From contig NC_042998.1 of NCBI RefSeq assembly GCF_006345805.1, positions 78,616,001 to 78,680,000 on the forward strand: DNA of 64,000 bases. The letters are read 5' to 3'. Under the pieces are notes generated by a model. That model saw nothing but the letters and a program-made list of their open reading frames with translations. It did no database searches and was not told where the DNA came from. The translations under genes were made by a program, and so were the position numbers. Shown here one piece after another: positions 1 to 12,280 of this stretch (its first letter is position 1; each line of letters opens with the position of its first letter). The DNA comes from Octopus sinensis. Taxonomy: Eukaryota.

Positions 1-1639
1 CATGTTGTAGCATTGGTTAAGTAATATAACATTTTATTTGACTGCTGAAGTAAGTTACACCATTTCTATTTCACAGTTGTGTAGTTATCATCACAAAATA
101 GGATATTAAACTGTAAAAACTGACAGTTGTTTGGGAATATGTAAATGTAGGTATGATTGAGTATTGTATAAATTTGCAACAACAAAAAAATGAAGTACAT
201 CCTACCCATTAGAGAATAGAAAATGGATGTGAAACTGTAAACAGTAGAAAAATAAACTCTTTATGTTGCTAGACATTATAGATACTTAGCTTGATATTAT
301 ATATATATATTGCTGAGAAAAGGAGTTAAAGCAGAAACCAGCTAGGCACTTTGGAAGAAGTAAAATTGTTGGAAAGCTCTGATAATGTAGCTGATTGAGT
401 AAAAGATTCCATTAGTTTTTATATTTGTAGCCATTCTACATTCTAATATAAAGAGATCTTCTTCCAAAATTTTGGACTTAAAAACTTTTTGTGATGGTAT
501 TTCTAAAGAAAATAATCCAAATTTGGAGGAACTTAATTGATATCTAACTATAAGGTATTTGGAATCTATCTTAACTAAAAGTTCTTATTAAGAGTCATGA
601 TGAGGGGGTTTAATTAAATGTGAATACTTTGAAATGTGAGGTTTTGTATCATTGAAGCAGGAGGGGATTTCAGGTGGATTGGTATTGAAAGGAACATACA
701 GTTTTTTTAAAAAGATATTTGGTTGCTATAGTGAGCAAGTCAAGTATCTATGTAACAACTACCTCTGCATGCCTGTCTGTCTGTCTACCTCCCCTCGCTC
801 TCCTCTCTCTCTCCTCCTCTCCCCCTCTCTCTCCTCTCATAAACACTATAGTTTATTGTAATGAAGGAAAATTAGTGAAGACTGGTGTGACGAAAAGATC
901 TGGGAGGGAAGCAATGTTTGAAGGCAAGCAAATGTAGGTATCTTTACTAGGTTGCTCAACCTGCTAGCAATAGCAGCCAAGTCTCATTCAGCTGGCATCT
1001 AATCACCAACAAGGGTCTTATTTGTTAATGTAGTCCAAGATACCTCCTCTCAAAAAACGATTATGGATAGAATGTTTTTTGATGATAAACCCATTTAAAT
1101 TCGACTTCTCTAAATCACAACACTGCTTGAAAGTAGACATTCAAGTAAACATCCAGTGGTTTCATATTGAATGTATTGACCAACTAGTTTTTACCCATTC
1201 TTAATACATAATCATAAATGAAGCACAAAATCTATCAGTTTCAGCTAACATCTACAATCATCTCCTAATACATCTTCACTCAGCTCACATCGCCCATTCT
1301 TCACCCTAGTAAAACAAATGATCAGACAGGCGCTAGACAATCAAATAAATGGTTAGGCAAGTCAGAGATGTTTAAGTTTGTAGAAAGAGTGACTGAACTA
1401 ACAGATGATAGATAGAAAAAAATGGCTAGGAAGATTGGTTAGCTAGGTTGATAGACAGGTAGATAACAGATTATTCAAGTAGATCATTTGTCAGATGGGG
1501 CAGGTCTATGATTAGACAGAAGAAGCACTGGTACACACAGACAGCTAGACAAGTAAAAGGGTAACAAGCAGTTTTGCTACTTGAGTTGGTAAATGTTTTG
1601 GCAGAGTCGTGTGTGTGTGTGTTTTTGCGCATTTGCACA

Positions 1640-1672
<33 letters not shown>

Positions 1673-2037
1673 GAAAAAATTTATATATATATGATAAATG
1701 TTTAAGTAAAGGAAACAAAGAACTCTTGAAACATCTTGCTAATGCTCATGTGCTTGCATATTTCTTTTGTCATGTTCATATAATTAAGCACAAAAATATT
1801 GCAGAAAGTCTAGAGTATTAGACTACATTTTTTACAGTATTTAGTTTTAGATCTTTATGTTTAGAGTTCAAATCCCATTAGGTCAAGGTTGCCTTTCATC
1901 CATGTGGCAGATTGATAAAATAAGTACAAGTCCACAACATGTATGTAATTATTGCTCTAAACTTACAAATCCTTTTTATAATGATTATTATTAGAAAAGG
2001 GAAAGGAGTGACAAAAAATGGATTAGATTTGGATTAA

Positions 2038-2251
2038 CCCTTTAGCATTCAGATTACTCTCTCGAATGTAATGCTATTCACATTGTTTTGAAATAATCAT
2101 ACATTATCTCATGGCTTTGAGATTTTAATGATGTGATTGTTTATTTTTTAGAATGACATCATAGGGTAGGTGTGAGAGGCCCAATCTCGCCAGTTTGAAC
2201 ATAAAACTGGCAGAATATCTGGACCTGATATGACTAATGAATACTAAAGGA
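2038..2251. mobile_element. Non-autonomous piggyBac-like MITE
   Basis: TTAA at 2034-2037 and 2252-2255. Termini CCCTTTAGCATTC ... GAATACTAAAGGA are imperfect inverted repeats. A second diverged copy lies at ~60296-60511. Confidence 0.8.
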
Positions 2252-2285
2252 TTAAATGTCTAGCAGTCTTGCTCTCATATTCTGT

Positions 2286-2518
2286 AAGGCGGCGAGCTGG
2301 CAGAAACATTAGCACGCCGGGCGAAATGCTTAGCTGTATTTCGTCTGTCGTTATGTTTTGAGTTCAAATTCCACCGAAGTCGACTTTGCCTTTCATCCTT
2401 TCAGGGTCGATAAATAAAGTACCAGTTTCGCACTGGGGTTGATGTAATCGACTTAATCCCTTTGTCTATCCTTGTTTGTCCCCTCTGTGCTTAGCCCCTC
2501 GTGGGTAGTAAAGAAATA
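2286..2518 (+). mobile_element. tRNA-derived SINE, family A (GGCGGCGAGCTGGCAGAA head)
   Basis: A-box-like head, B-box-like GAGTTCAAATTCC, central GCCTTTCATCCTTTC-GGGTCGATAAA domain, AAAGAAATA tail. 9-bp TSD CATATTCTG at 2276-2284 and 2519-2527. Confidence 0.9.
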
Positions 2519-4150
2519 CATATTCTGAGTTTAAGTCAAATTTGAGTTGGTTTTTGCTTCTCATCTCTCTGTGAGATTGATAAGTTATGAGCTTAGTGCA
2601 ATTGACTGTATGTGATCCCTAAAATTTTTTGCCCTTATGGCTGATCATTGTTGGATACTTTCCAAGAGAGATTTTTACCTGTGAAAACCAAGTTCTTCAT
2701 TGCCCTTGATTTTAAATAAGTATAACATGGACTTGGGACATTTTCATGAGCCTAGTTTTTGTGACCTTTAACTACTCACTGTGTCCCATCCCACTGCAGA
2801 ATATTGATTTTAATCTAATATGGTTTCAGCAGATTCTAAAATACACTTCATGACAAAAAGATAAAGTTCACCTGGTTATTGCTTGTAAGTCTCATGAAGC
2901 TGGAAAAGAGTGAAGGAACTAAGGTTTGACAAAGAAAGTTAACTGTAAGAATTTCAAACTTTGTGTACAGAGAGCAATTGGTGGAAAACTAATGTTTTAG
3001 TATTAGTAATAGTAGATTAGTTTCATATCACTTCTGTGTGTATTTTTTAAGGTTTAATCAGAGGGGGGAAATGCAGTGCTCATGACTCTTTCCAGGACTT
3101 TTGAGAACACTTAGAGAAAGTTATTTTCAGACTCAAAGCTTAAAAGTGAGTTAACTTCAGCTAAAAGAACAAAGAACCAAATAGTGGTGTTAAACCAACT
3201 GATAGATTAAGTCTATCACACAGGTAGATCTATGATCAGAGGTGTTTCACCCATAACCACCTCATTTTAGTCAACTATGGTGTATCTAAGATTACGTTAT
3301 TCAATGTAGCTTTCTTTTTTTAAAGATTGTATTGTATTGAGAAAAATATGGACACCTTATCTAGCAAGTTGAATACCCATGCATAAATTTATTTGTTGGC
3401 TCTTAATACTGTTGGATTTTTGTTGCTTAGTCCCAAGTAAATCCTGATTGAGCAGGCCTGTGATTAAAAGTATCCTAGCAATGAAAGAGTAGAAAGGCTA
3501 TCAGTCTTTTCCCATTGTGTCTGTTCTTTTAAGCAAGATTAGGCTTCTATTTTTAGCAAGTTCAGTGACTTTCTAAAAGCCACTAGTAGTAACATTGTAA
3601 GTTGCAATAAAAAAAGTAAATGTTATCTAAACTTTTAAAGACCAGTGTTTTGTCCTAGTGTCATGGTAGTAAGCAGATGAAAAAACAAATCTCCCCTTGG
3701 ATAAGAGAGACACTATTCTATTTCAGGTAATATCAGGTGATTGGGTACCTATAGCATGCAACTAAGAGAGCTGAGAGAAAGTAGTATAAGTATACTGCAA
3801 AATAAAACTACCGGATGGTTGCAGTGAATTTCAAGTCATCATATTTGCTATGAGTTACTTGGTACTTTACACTCTTGGCCTCCTTGCTTCTATATTGAGG
3901 TTACACAATACAAATGAAACTGAACGTTTCTTTATTTCACACATCACACATTTCTGAAATACGTAGTCAAACGTTTAATGTTTGTATTTTATGCTTGGGT
4001 AAGTGATATTGACTAAGCAGTAATCAACTGACAGATCAAACTTGTGACCTCAATTCAGTTTAAGATGACTGTTTCATTTTACTTACATTTAATGTTTGTG
4101 GGAAACGGTTGGAAGTTCCATACTTAGTCTCCTGAAAACAACAAGTGTTC

Positions 4151-5690
4151 CATCATCATCATCATCATCATCATCATTTAACGTCCGCTTTCCATGCTAG
4201 CATGGGTTGGACGGTTCAACTGGGGTCTGGGGAGCCCGAAAGCTGCACCAGTCCAGTCAGATCTGGCAGTGTTTCTACAGCTGGATGCCCTTCCTAACGC
4301 CAACCACTCCGAGAGTGTAGTGGGTGATTTTATGTGCCACCGACACAGGTGCCAGACGAGGCTGGCAAACGGCCACGCTCGGATGGTGTTTTTTATGTGC
4401 CACCGACACAGGTGCCAGACGAGGCTGGCAGACGGCCACGCTCGGATGGTGTTTTTTATGTGCCACCGACACAGGTGCCAGACGAGGCTGGCAGACGGCC
4501 ACGCTCGGATGGTGTTTTTATGTGCCACCGACACAGGTGCCAGACGAGGCTGGCAGACGGCCACGCTCGGATGGTGTTTTTATGTGCCACCGACACAGGT
4601 GCCAGATGAGGCTGGCAAAACGGCCACGATCGGATGGTGCTTGTTACGTGCCCACAGCACGGAGGCCAGTCGATGCGGTACTGGCTACGGCCACGTTCGG
4701 ATGGTTTTCTTATGTGCCACGTGCCACCACAAAGATACAAATTCCATTGATGTTCATCTATTTTGATTTGTTTTGATTTGATTTGATTTTCACTTGCCTC
4801 AACAGGTCTTCACAAGTGTCACAAGAAGGAAGGTATGCACAGGTGGACTGACTACGTCCCAGGTAGGGGCCATGGGTTATGGCCTGACTAGTCTTGCCGG
4901 GTCTTCGGATGGTGTTTTTATGTGCCACCGACACAGGTGCTAGATGAGGCTGGCGAACGGCCACGATCGGATGGTGTTTGTCATGTGCCCACCGCACTGA
5001 TGGATTTCTTGTGTGCCACAGGCACTGGTACCACAAAATACAAATTCCATTGATGTTCATCTATTTTGTCTATTTGATTTGATTTGATTTTCACTTGCCT
5101 CAACCGGTCTTCACAAGTGTCACAAGAAGGAAGATATGCACAGGTGGACTGACTAGTCTTGCCGGGTCTTCGGAAGGTGTTTTTATGTGCCACCGACACA
5201 GGTGCCAGATGAGGCTGGCGAACGGCCATGATCGGATGGTGTTTGTTACGTGCCCACAGCACGGAGGCCGGTCGATGCGGAACTGGCTACGGCCACGTTC
5301 GGATGGTTCTCTTGTGTGCCACCGGCACTGGTACCACAAAGTGTGTGCCACCGGCACTGGTACCACAAAGTGTGTGCCACCGGCAGTGGTACCACAAAGT
5401 GTGTGCCACCGGCACTGGTACCACAAAGATACAGATTCCATTGATGTTCATCTATTTTGATTTGTTTTGATTTGATTTTCACTTGCCTCAACAGGTCTTC
5501 ACAAGTGTCACAAGAAGGAAGGTATGCACAGGTGGACTGACTACGTCCCAGGTAGGGGCCATGGGTTATGACCTGACTAGTCTTACCGGGTCTTCGGATG
5601 GTGTTTTTATGTGCCACCGACACAGGTGCTAGATGAGGCTGGCGAACGGCCACGATCGGATGGTGTTTGTCATGTGCCCACAGCACATCG
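4151..5690 (-). repeat. RTE-retrotransposon 3'UTR-derived nested tandem array
   Basis: Begins with the reverse-complement RTE tail (CAT)n-TTTAACGTCCGCTTTCCATGCTAGCATGG. Five near-identical 62-63 bp units (starts 4332, 4395, 4458, 4520, 4582), then three copies of a larger unit starting ~4727, ~5030 and ~5420. Confidence 0.85.
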
Positions 5691-5732
5691 CTGATATATA
5701 AACTTTAATGACAAAAATGAGGCAACATTTAT

Positions 5733-5844
5733 CATATATATACATACATATATATATGTATATGTATATGTGTATATATATATATGTATATGTGTGTATA
5801 TATATATATGTATATGTGTATATGTATATGTATATGTGTGTATA

Positions 5845-5901
<57 letters not shown>

Positions 5902-6626
5902 ATGTATATGTGTATATGTGTATGTGTATATATATATATATATATATGTATATGCGTATGTATATGTGTATATATATATATGTATATGTGTATATATATG
6001 TATATGTGTATATATATATGTATATGTGTATATATATATATATGTATATACGTATATATATATATGTATATGTGTATATATATATATGTATATGTGTATA
6101 TATATATATGTATATGTGTATATATATATATGTATATGTGTATATATATATGTATATGTATATATATGTATATGTGTATATGTATATGTGTATATATATG
6201 TATATGTGTATATGTATATGTGTATATATATATGTATATGTGTATATATATGTATATGTGTATATGTATATGTGTATATATATGTATATGTGTATATGTA
6301 TATGTGTATATATATATGTATATGTGTATATATATATGTATATGTGTATATATGTATATGTGTATATATGTATATGTGTATATATATATGTATATGTGTA
6401 TATATACATATGTATATGTATATATGTATATGTGTATATGTATATGTGTATATGTGTATATGTATATGTGTATATGTATATGTGTATATGTATATGTGTA
6501 TATATATATATGTGTATATATATATGTGTGTATATATATATGTGTGTATATATATGTGTATATATGTATATGTGTATATATATGTGTGTATATATATATA
6601 CGTGTATATATATATGTATATATATG
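5733..6626. repeat. Compound (TA)n/GTATAT microsatellite, ~0.9 kb
   Basis: Directly visible; source of the YI/CV-repeat pseudo-ORFs. Confidence 0.98.
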
Positions 6627-8307
6627 AGAACCTAACCTAACTAGAGTACTAAAGGCATTCTGCTGTTGTATCAGAAATAACAAATAAGGGTTGTTTGAAA
6701 TGCAAAACAAGTGATACAACCTTGCCTTACATATAAATTACAAAATTCCCAAGAAACCTTGTATATGAAGAGAGATTGATTCTATAATCCCTCTTATATA
6801 AACTTGTTCACAGATAGAAGCTAAATCAGCTGTTACTTAGCTCTTCCGTACAATATTTATTGCTGTGGAAAGACATCTGTTTGCTGGACTACTGGCAACA
6901 TTTTCATAAGTTTACACCTTACTACTGTCATTGTGTAATAATCCTGAGAAAAGTATGTAGCTCTTCTTGATTTGGTTTGGCCAGGAGAATAAAATGCATG
7001 TTTTGTATATGCTCTAAAGTTGAGAGGCTATCAGTAGGAAGGATATACAGCTGTACAAAGCAATTTTTCAAACAAATAAATCATATTCAAGCAAGTATAG
7101 AGTGCTACATTAACTTGCTGTGGCGAATTAAACTTCTTTTGTGTGGTGCAAGTGGAGAAAAATGTCGGTAACAGACCAGCACTTTACCCAGAAGTAAACA
7201 CGACAAAAACTAGAGATACGCAGCAGGCCTTACGGATCATTACAATTTGGTAAGAATTGGCGGTTTATATTCAATGCATATATACACAATGAATAACAAA
7301 AAGAAAAGTGAAGAAATTGCATTGCATGACCTTTCTTTTTTTTTTTTTCATGACCTGACTAATATGCATTTGAAATAGCCTCCTATGGTTTTCTCCTATT
7401 AAAGGCACATGATCGCAATGTTGCACAACTACTGATACATTGTTGTAATATTCAGTTGTCTTGTCACCTGAGGTTAAATATGAATCTCTATATGGAATGC
7501 ATATTTTGTGAGGTATTCTAATACACAAAAGAGTGCAGCAGTTCAGTAGCTCCATATTAGTGTGTAGGAATTTGAGATTAAGGGTATGCAATTTAAGACT
7601 TCTTTTCATATCTCAGATGTGCATTTATTTTTAGTAGCATTTAGATTGTAAACCATGAGCAGAAATGATATTTCAAACTATGAGGGCAAACAAGAATGGC
7701 CCAGACAATACATATATGCTTCAGGAGTTTAAATATTCCTGAAATTTGGCTGTTATTTACTTCTTACAGACTGTGATGTAATAGTCAAAAGTATTAACAC
7801 CGTATATTTAGCAGCAGAATATCTGAATGTGACTAAAGGATGGAGTGATGATAATTCTGTGTGTAAAATATGAATGATGTGATTAATTGTGTAAGATATC
7901 TAGCTTTACCGTATCTAATTTGATACCACACAGCTGTGACCTCAGATCCTTTCAATGTCAAGCTCATGCATTACATTTCTAAGACTTAAAAAAGAGAGAG
8001 AGCCCCCTACCCTGTAAGCCATCACTTTATCTTTTATCTTTGGTATCTACACTTGAAAAGTCTATCCAGTTTTTTCCTTCTTCAATAGTCACTTCCATTA
8101 CCTGCCAGCTTTTTGGTGAAATTTAAATTTTGTGATGGCCACTACTTCTTCTTTACTCATTTGGAGACCCTCAGAGTAAAGTAGTGTATGAAAAAGAAAC
8201 ATTTGCAACAATTACATTGTCTCTGTCACCTACAGCAATGAACTTACACTCTTTACAGCTCTTTTTATGGTTAGAATAAAGTTTCCAAAACAGAGAAATT
8301 TAAAGGT

Positions 8308-8376
8308 GTGCTTTCGTCCAATGGTAGAATGTCTGTCATGTTTACAGAAGATGTAGGTTCAAGTCCCATGGGCAGC
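8308..8376 (+). pseudogene. Degenerate tRNA-like sequence (tRNA pseudogene or isolated SINE head)
   Basis: D-arm-like GTCCAATGGTAGAAT; 5-bp stem TCTGT/ACAGA around 7-nt loop CATGTTT; T-loop GGTTCAAGTCC; imperfect acceptor GTGCTTT/GGGCAGC; followed at once by TTTT. Confidence 0.55.
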
Positions 8377-8480
8377 TTTTGATTTTTTTGTATCCAAAGG
8401 GTTTTTTAACCCAATACCTGCTGTTATTTATAGCTTTATATGCTCCAAGATTTACCATTCCAAAACAAATATATATATAT

Positions 8481-8517
<37 letters not shown>

Positions 8518-9326
8518 TGAGTATGGTCATTCTAAAAAGTCATTCTAAAATTGTTTTTAACGTAAGCATGCCCAAACAAGTTGAAATCTTACACAGTGTA
8601 GGTTTTAGAGCCACATCATCCAAACCAACTGGTTGAAACTGGGCTTAGCTGCTAGTATATATATATAAGAATAATGTCCCTCATAGGCATATCTCAACAC
8701 ATCTTTGGCACAGTCTCTCTCTCTCTCTCTCTATCACTCTCCTTATCTTGATCTCTATGTCCCTTTATATCTTTTAATCTCTCAGGTGACACAAACTCAC
8801 CCCTCCCTTCAATACTACTTCCCTTTCCCAGTTGTGGGGGTTTTCGCTTCTTTTGTCTTTCAAGATACTAGATGACCCTGTCAGTGATGGTACCACATAA
8901 AAAAGCACTGGTACTGGCACCACATACAAAGCAAGCTAGTACACTCTGTAGAGTGGTTGGCATTAGGAAGAGCATCTAGCTGTAGAAACCAGGCCAAAAC
9001 AGAGTGGAACATAGCGCAGCCCTTGGCCTTGCCAGCTCCTGTCAAGCCGTCCAACTCACACCAACATGGGAAACAGATGTTAAATGATAATGATGATATC
9101 ACACACACGCACACGTCTCAAAAATGGAAGGCATAGTGAAGTGTGACATGCAACCAAAATCAGGCTCTGTAGTGGGCTCTGCATTCCACTCTGGTATCCA
9201 GTATAGCAAGACGCAAGGTACAAAACTCAGGATAGGCTAGAGTGCGGAGTGTTTGATAACTAATAGAAAGATGAGGTGAAATGCATGATTGTATAATGTC
9301 TCTACTTGTAATTATTTTGGCATTTT

Positions 9327-9544
9327 AAGGCGGCGAGCTGGCAGAAATGTTAGCATGCTAGGCGAAATGCCTAGCGGTATTTCGTTTGGCTTTAACATTC
9401 TGAGTTCAAATTCCGCCGAGGTCGACTTTGCGTTTCATCCTTACCTGGTCGATAAATTAAGTACCAGTTGTGTACTGTTGTGGTCGATTTAATCGACTGG
9501 AATCCTCCTCTAAAACTTCGGGCCTTGTGCCTAGAGTAGAAAAG
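9327..9544 (+). mobile_element. SINE family A
   Basis: Same head and central domain as 2286. Perfect 17-bp TSD AATTATTTTGGCATTTT at 9310-9326 and 9545-9561. Confidence 0.9.
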
Positions 9545-9744
9545 AATTATTTTGGCATTTTGCTGTAATGCATGCTAGTTCTATAAAGTTTCGAATAGCA
9601 CATGTTTGGATAGTTGGATAGTTGGATAGTTTGGCAGTTCATAGTGTGCTGCATGGCTTATGCCATGCTCCCAATATCAGTTTTTTTATGGTTTCTAAGG
9701 CTGGATGTCCTTTCTAACATTAACCACTTATGCATTATATATTG

Positions 9745-9787
<43 letters not shown>

Positions 9788-10803
9788 GTATCTATGTATA
9801 TACTGGGCTACTCAACCATCTTCCTCATATTTGATGGCCTCTCAAAATATCTGATTTTTATTTCTGTTCTCGATTGTACCCCATGGTATGAAAAAAAAAA
9901 AAAAAAAGAATGCCTCATTTTGGATGTCTGAGTTTAAAACTAAAAACGAAAAAAATATATCTATAACAATATTATAAAACTGCATCAATAACCATAAAAT
10001 GCTACACATCACTTAGTTTTTATTGGCACACATGTACACATATACATAAAAGAAAACACGAACGCATTTTTTTTTTGTTTATATGTTGTATATATGTAGT
10101 TTATAAGGAGAACATATATTATTATTTTTTTTTTGTAATGTGTAGGCACACACACACACACTAATCATTTACACACCACTACCATACATATTAATGAACT
10201 ACACAGTTTCTATTACTGCTGAATCTGCTAATGGTTGTACTAATGCACACCCACCCACCCACCCACAAACACACGCACACACACAATTATAGTCATATTA
10301 TACATAACACACACACACTTACACACTGCTTAAATAGAGTGAAGAACATATATTTTTCCAATAGTGTTATAGATATTAAGAAATTCTCTATTAGGCTACT
10401 ACAGACTGATGAAGTTATGAATGTGGTGGTCTATGTTTGACCTACATTCTCTTCCAACTAACTCATTCACAGCTGAAAACCATCTAGTCACATGGACAAG
10501 CAGATATGAAGAGAAGTTCTATTTTACAGATCTAGTTTTCTCTTTGATAGTTTACAACCGCCACTTGCGTATCTTCTCCTTAAGCAAAGCAATAAAATAC
10601 TTTTTGTAAAAGGAAAAAAAAAAAAAAACTGATGAAATGTTAAAAAAGAGAAAAATGGGGTAAAAATAATATATTCTTTTCTACTCTAGGCACAAAACCT
10701 GAAATTCTTGGGGTGGGAGCCAGTCGATTAGATTAACCCAGTATGCAACTGGGATTTAATTTATCGACTCTAAAAGGATGAAAAGTAAAGGTGACCTCAT
10801 AGT

Positions 10804-11087
10804 GGAGGCACATGGCCTAGTGGTTAGAGCAGAGGACTCATGGTCGAGGGATCACGGGTTCGAATCTCAGACCGGGTGATGTGTGTGTTTATGAGCAAAA
10901 CATCTAAGCTCTATGCGGCTCTGGCAGAAGGTAATGGCGAACTTCTGCTGATACTTTCGCCACAACTTTCTCTCACTCTTTCCTCCTGCATCTTGTAGCT
11001 CACCTGCGATGGACCGGCGTCCTGTCCAGGTGGGGAACCTATATGCCAAGGAAACCAGGAAACTGGCCCTTATGAAGGAACAAACAA
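10804..11087 (+). mobile_element. tRNA-derived SINE, family C
   Basis: Head TGGCCTAGTGGTTAGAGCAG...GGGTTCGAATC; body contains GCGATGGACCGGCGTCCTGTCCAGG; paralog at 13742. Confidence 0.85.
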
Positions 11088-11254
11088 CCAAAAAAGATGA
11101 CATCATGGGGAAAAATGATGCGGGCATGGCTGTGTGTGTCTACTTAGTTTGCATTACAACCACATATTTTCAGGTTCAATGTCACTGCATGGCTCTTTGA
11201 GCAAGTGTCTTCTACTGTAACCTCAGCCCAACCAGTCTTATAACAAGTTGTAAC

Positions 11255-11625
11255 ATAACTTATCATCCTGAAGCCCATCATTAGCCAGTGCCACCTGACT
11301 GGCTCCCCCATGCCGGTGACACGTAAAAAGCACCATCCAAACGTGATCAATGCCAGTCACCCCCATCCCAACTGGCTCCCATGCCAGTGGCATGTAAAAA
11401 GCACCATATGAACGTGATTGATGCCAGTGCCATCTGACTGGCTCCCATGCCGGTGGCATGTAAAATGTGCCCACTACACTCTTGGAGTGGTTGGCGTTAG
11501 GAAGGGCACCCAACTGTAGAAATCTTGTCAGATCAGACTGGAGCCTGGTACAGCTTACTGGCTCAGTCAAACTGTTCAACCCAAGCATTAAACAATGATG
11601 ATGATGATAATGATGATAAAATATA
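11255..11625 (+). mobile_element. RTE 3'UTR-type short element
   Basis: Repeated CTGGCTCCC...GCCGGTGGCAC-TAAAA units, GGTTGGCGTTAGGAAGGGCA motif and (GAT)n tail shared with the RTE 3' end at 12130-12280. Confidence 0.75.
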
Positions 11626-11718
11626 TATCATCATTATCATCATTACTATTTCAAATCCCTTTTCCATGCTTGTTGTTTAATCTTCACTTTTCCTAGCTTG
11701 CATTGGTTGGACAGAATT

Positions 11719-12280
11719 TGAGAGAAAAATTGGATATAAAGTAAAAGGTATCAGATCTAGTGTGCAAGAGAGAAAACTGTGCTGGTTTGGTCATGTGGTG
11801 CATGTGGATGAGGACAGCTGCATAAAGAAGTGATGATCTCTAATTGTGGAGGGAACATATGGAAGGGGTAGACCCAGGAAGATGAGGGTTGATGTGGTGA
11901 CAAAGGATCTTCAGATGCTAGGCCTCACTGTGGAGATAAGTGGCCAAAACTTCCGGTGATTTGCTGCGCTTGAGAAGATACATCAGGCTATGTAAAATAA
12001 TGGCCATCTATACATACAGGCATGTCTCTCTGTCGTCTGGTGCCAGTCCTACATAAAAGCTTCCATGCTGGTGCTATGAAAAGCTCCTGTGCTGGTGCCA
12101 TGTAAAAATTATCCAGTACAGTTAGGAAAGTGGTTAGCATTAGGAAGAGCATCCAACCATAGAAACCGTGCCAAAACAGACAATTGGAACCTGGGCAAAT
12201 CCCTGGCTGGCCATCTCCTGTCAAACTGTCCAACTCATGCCAGCATGGCAAACATACATTAAATGATGATGATGATGATA
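11719..12280 (+). mobile_element. 5'-truncated RTE-clade LINE, ORF C-terminus plus 3'UTR (decayed)
   Basis: Translates to SVQERKLCWFGHVVHVDEDSCIKK*...VEGTYGRGRPRK, the RTE C-terminal W.GHV...GRP motif; ends TTAAATGATGATGATGAT. Confidence 0.85.

Noticed and set aside
4332-4640. CRISPR-like regular array
   Set aside because: Units are identical end to end with no unique spacers, no cas genes, eukaryotic context, and contiguous with an RTE tail.
4178-5686. Cluster of 75-190 aa ORFs with repeated motifs
   Set aside because: Products of the 63-bp tandem unit on both strands; no domain signature.
6625-6641. AACCTAACCTAAC telomere-like motif
   Set aside because: Only about two units, and not the TTAGGG repeat typical of molluscs.
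5670-6719. Long ORFs (225-349 aa) here and at 25.3-26.0, 50.9-51.7 and 57.5-58.8 kb
   Set aside because: Translations of TA/TG microsatellites, which lack stop codons.
6923-6943. 21-nt minus microexon (DYYTMTV), and similar short AG...GT candidates at 38845-38912 and 47110
   Set aside because: Such short splice-flanked frames are expected by chance in 64 kb; no homology or phase-consistent chain could be built.
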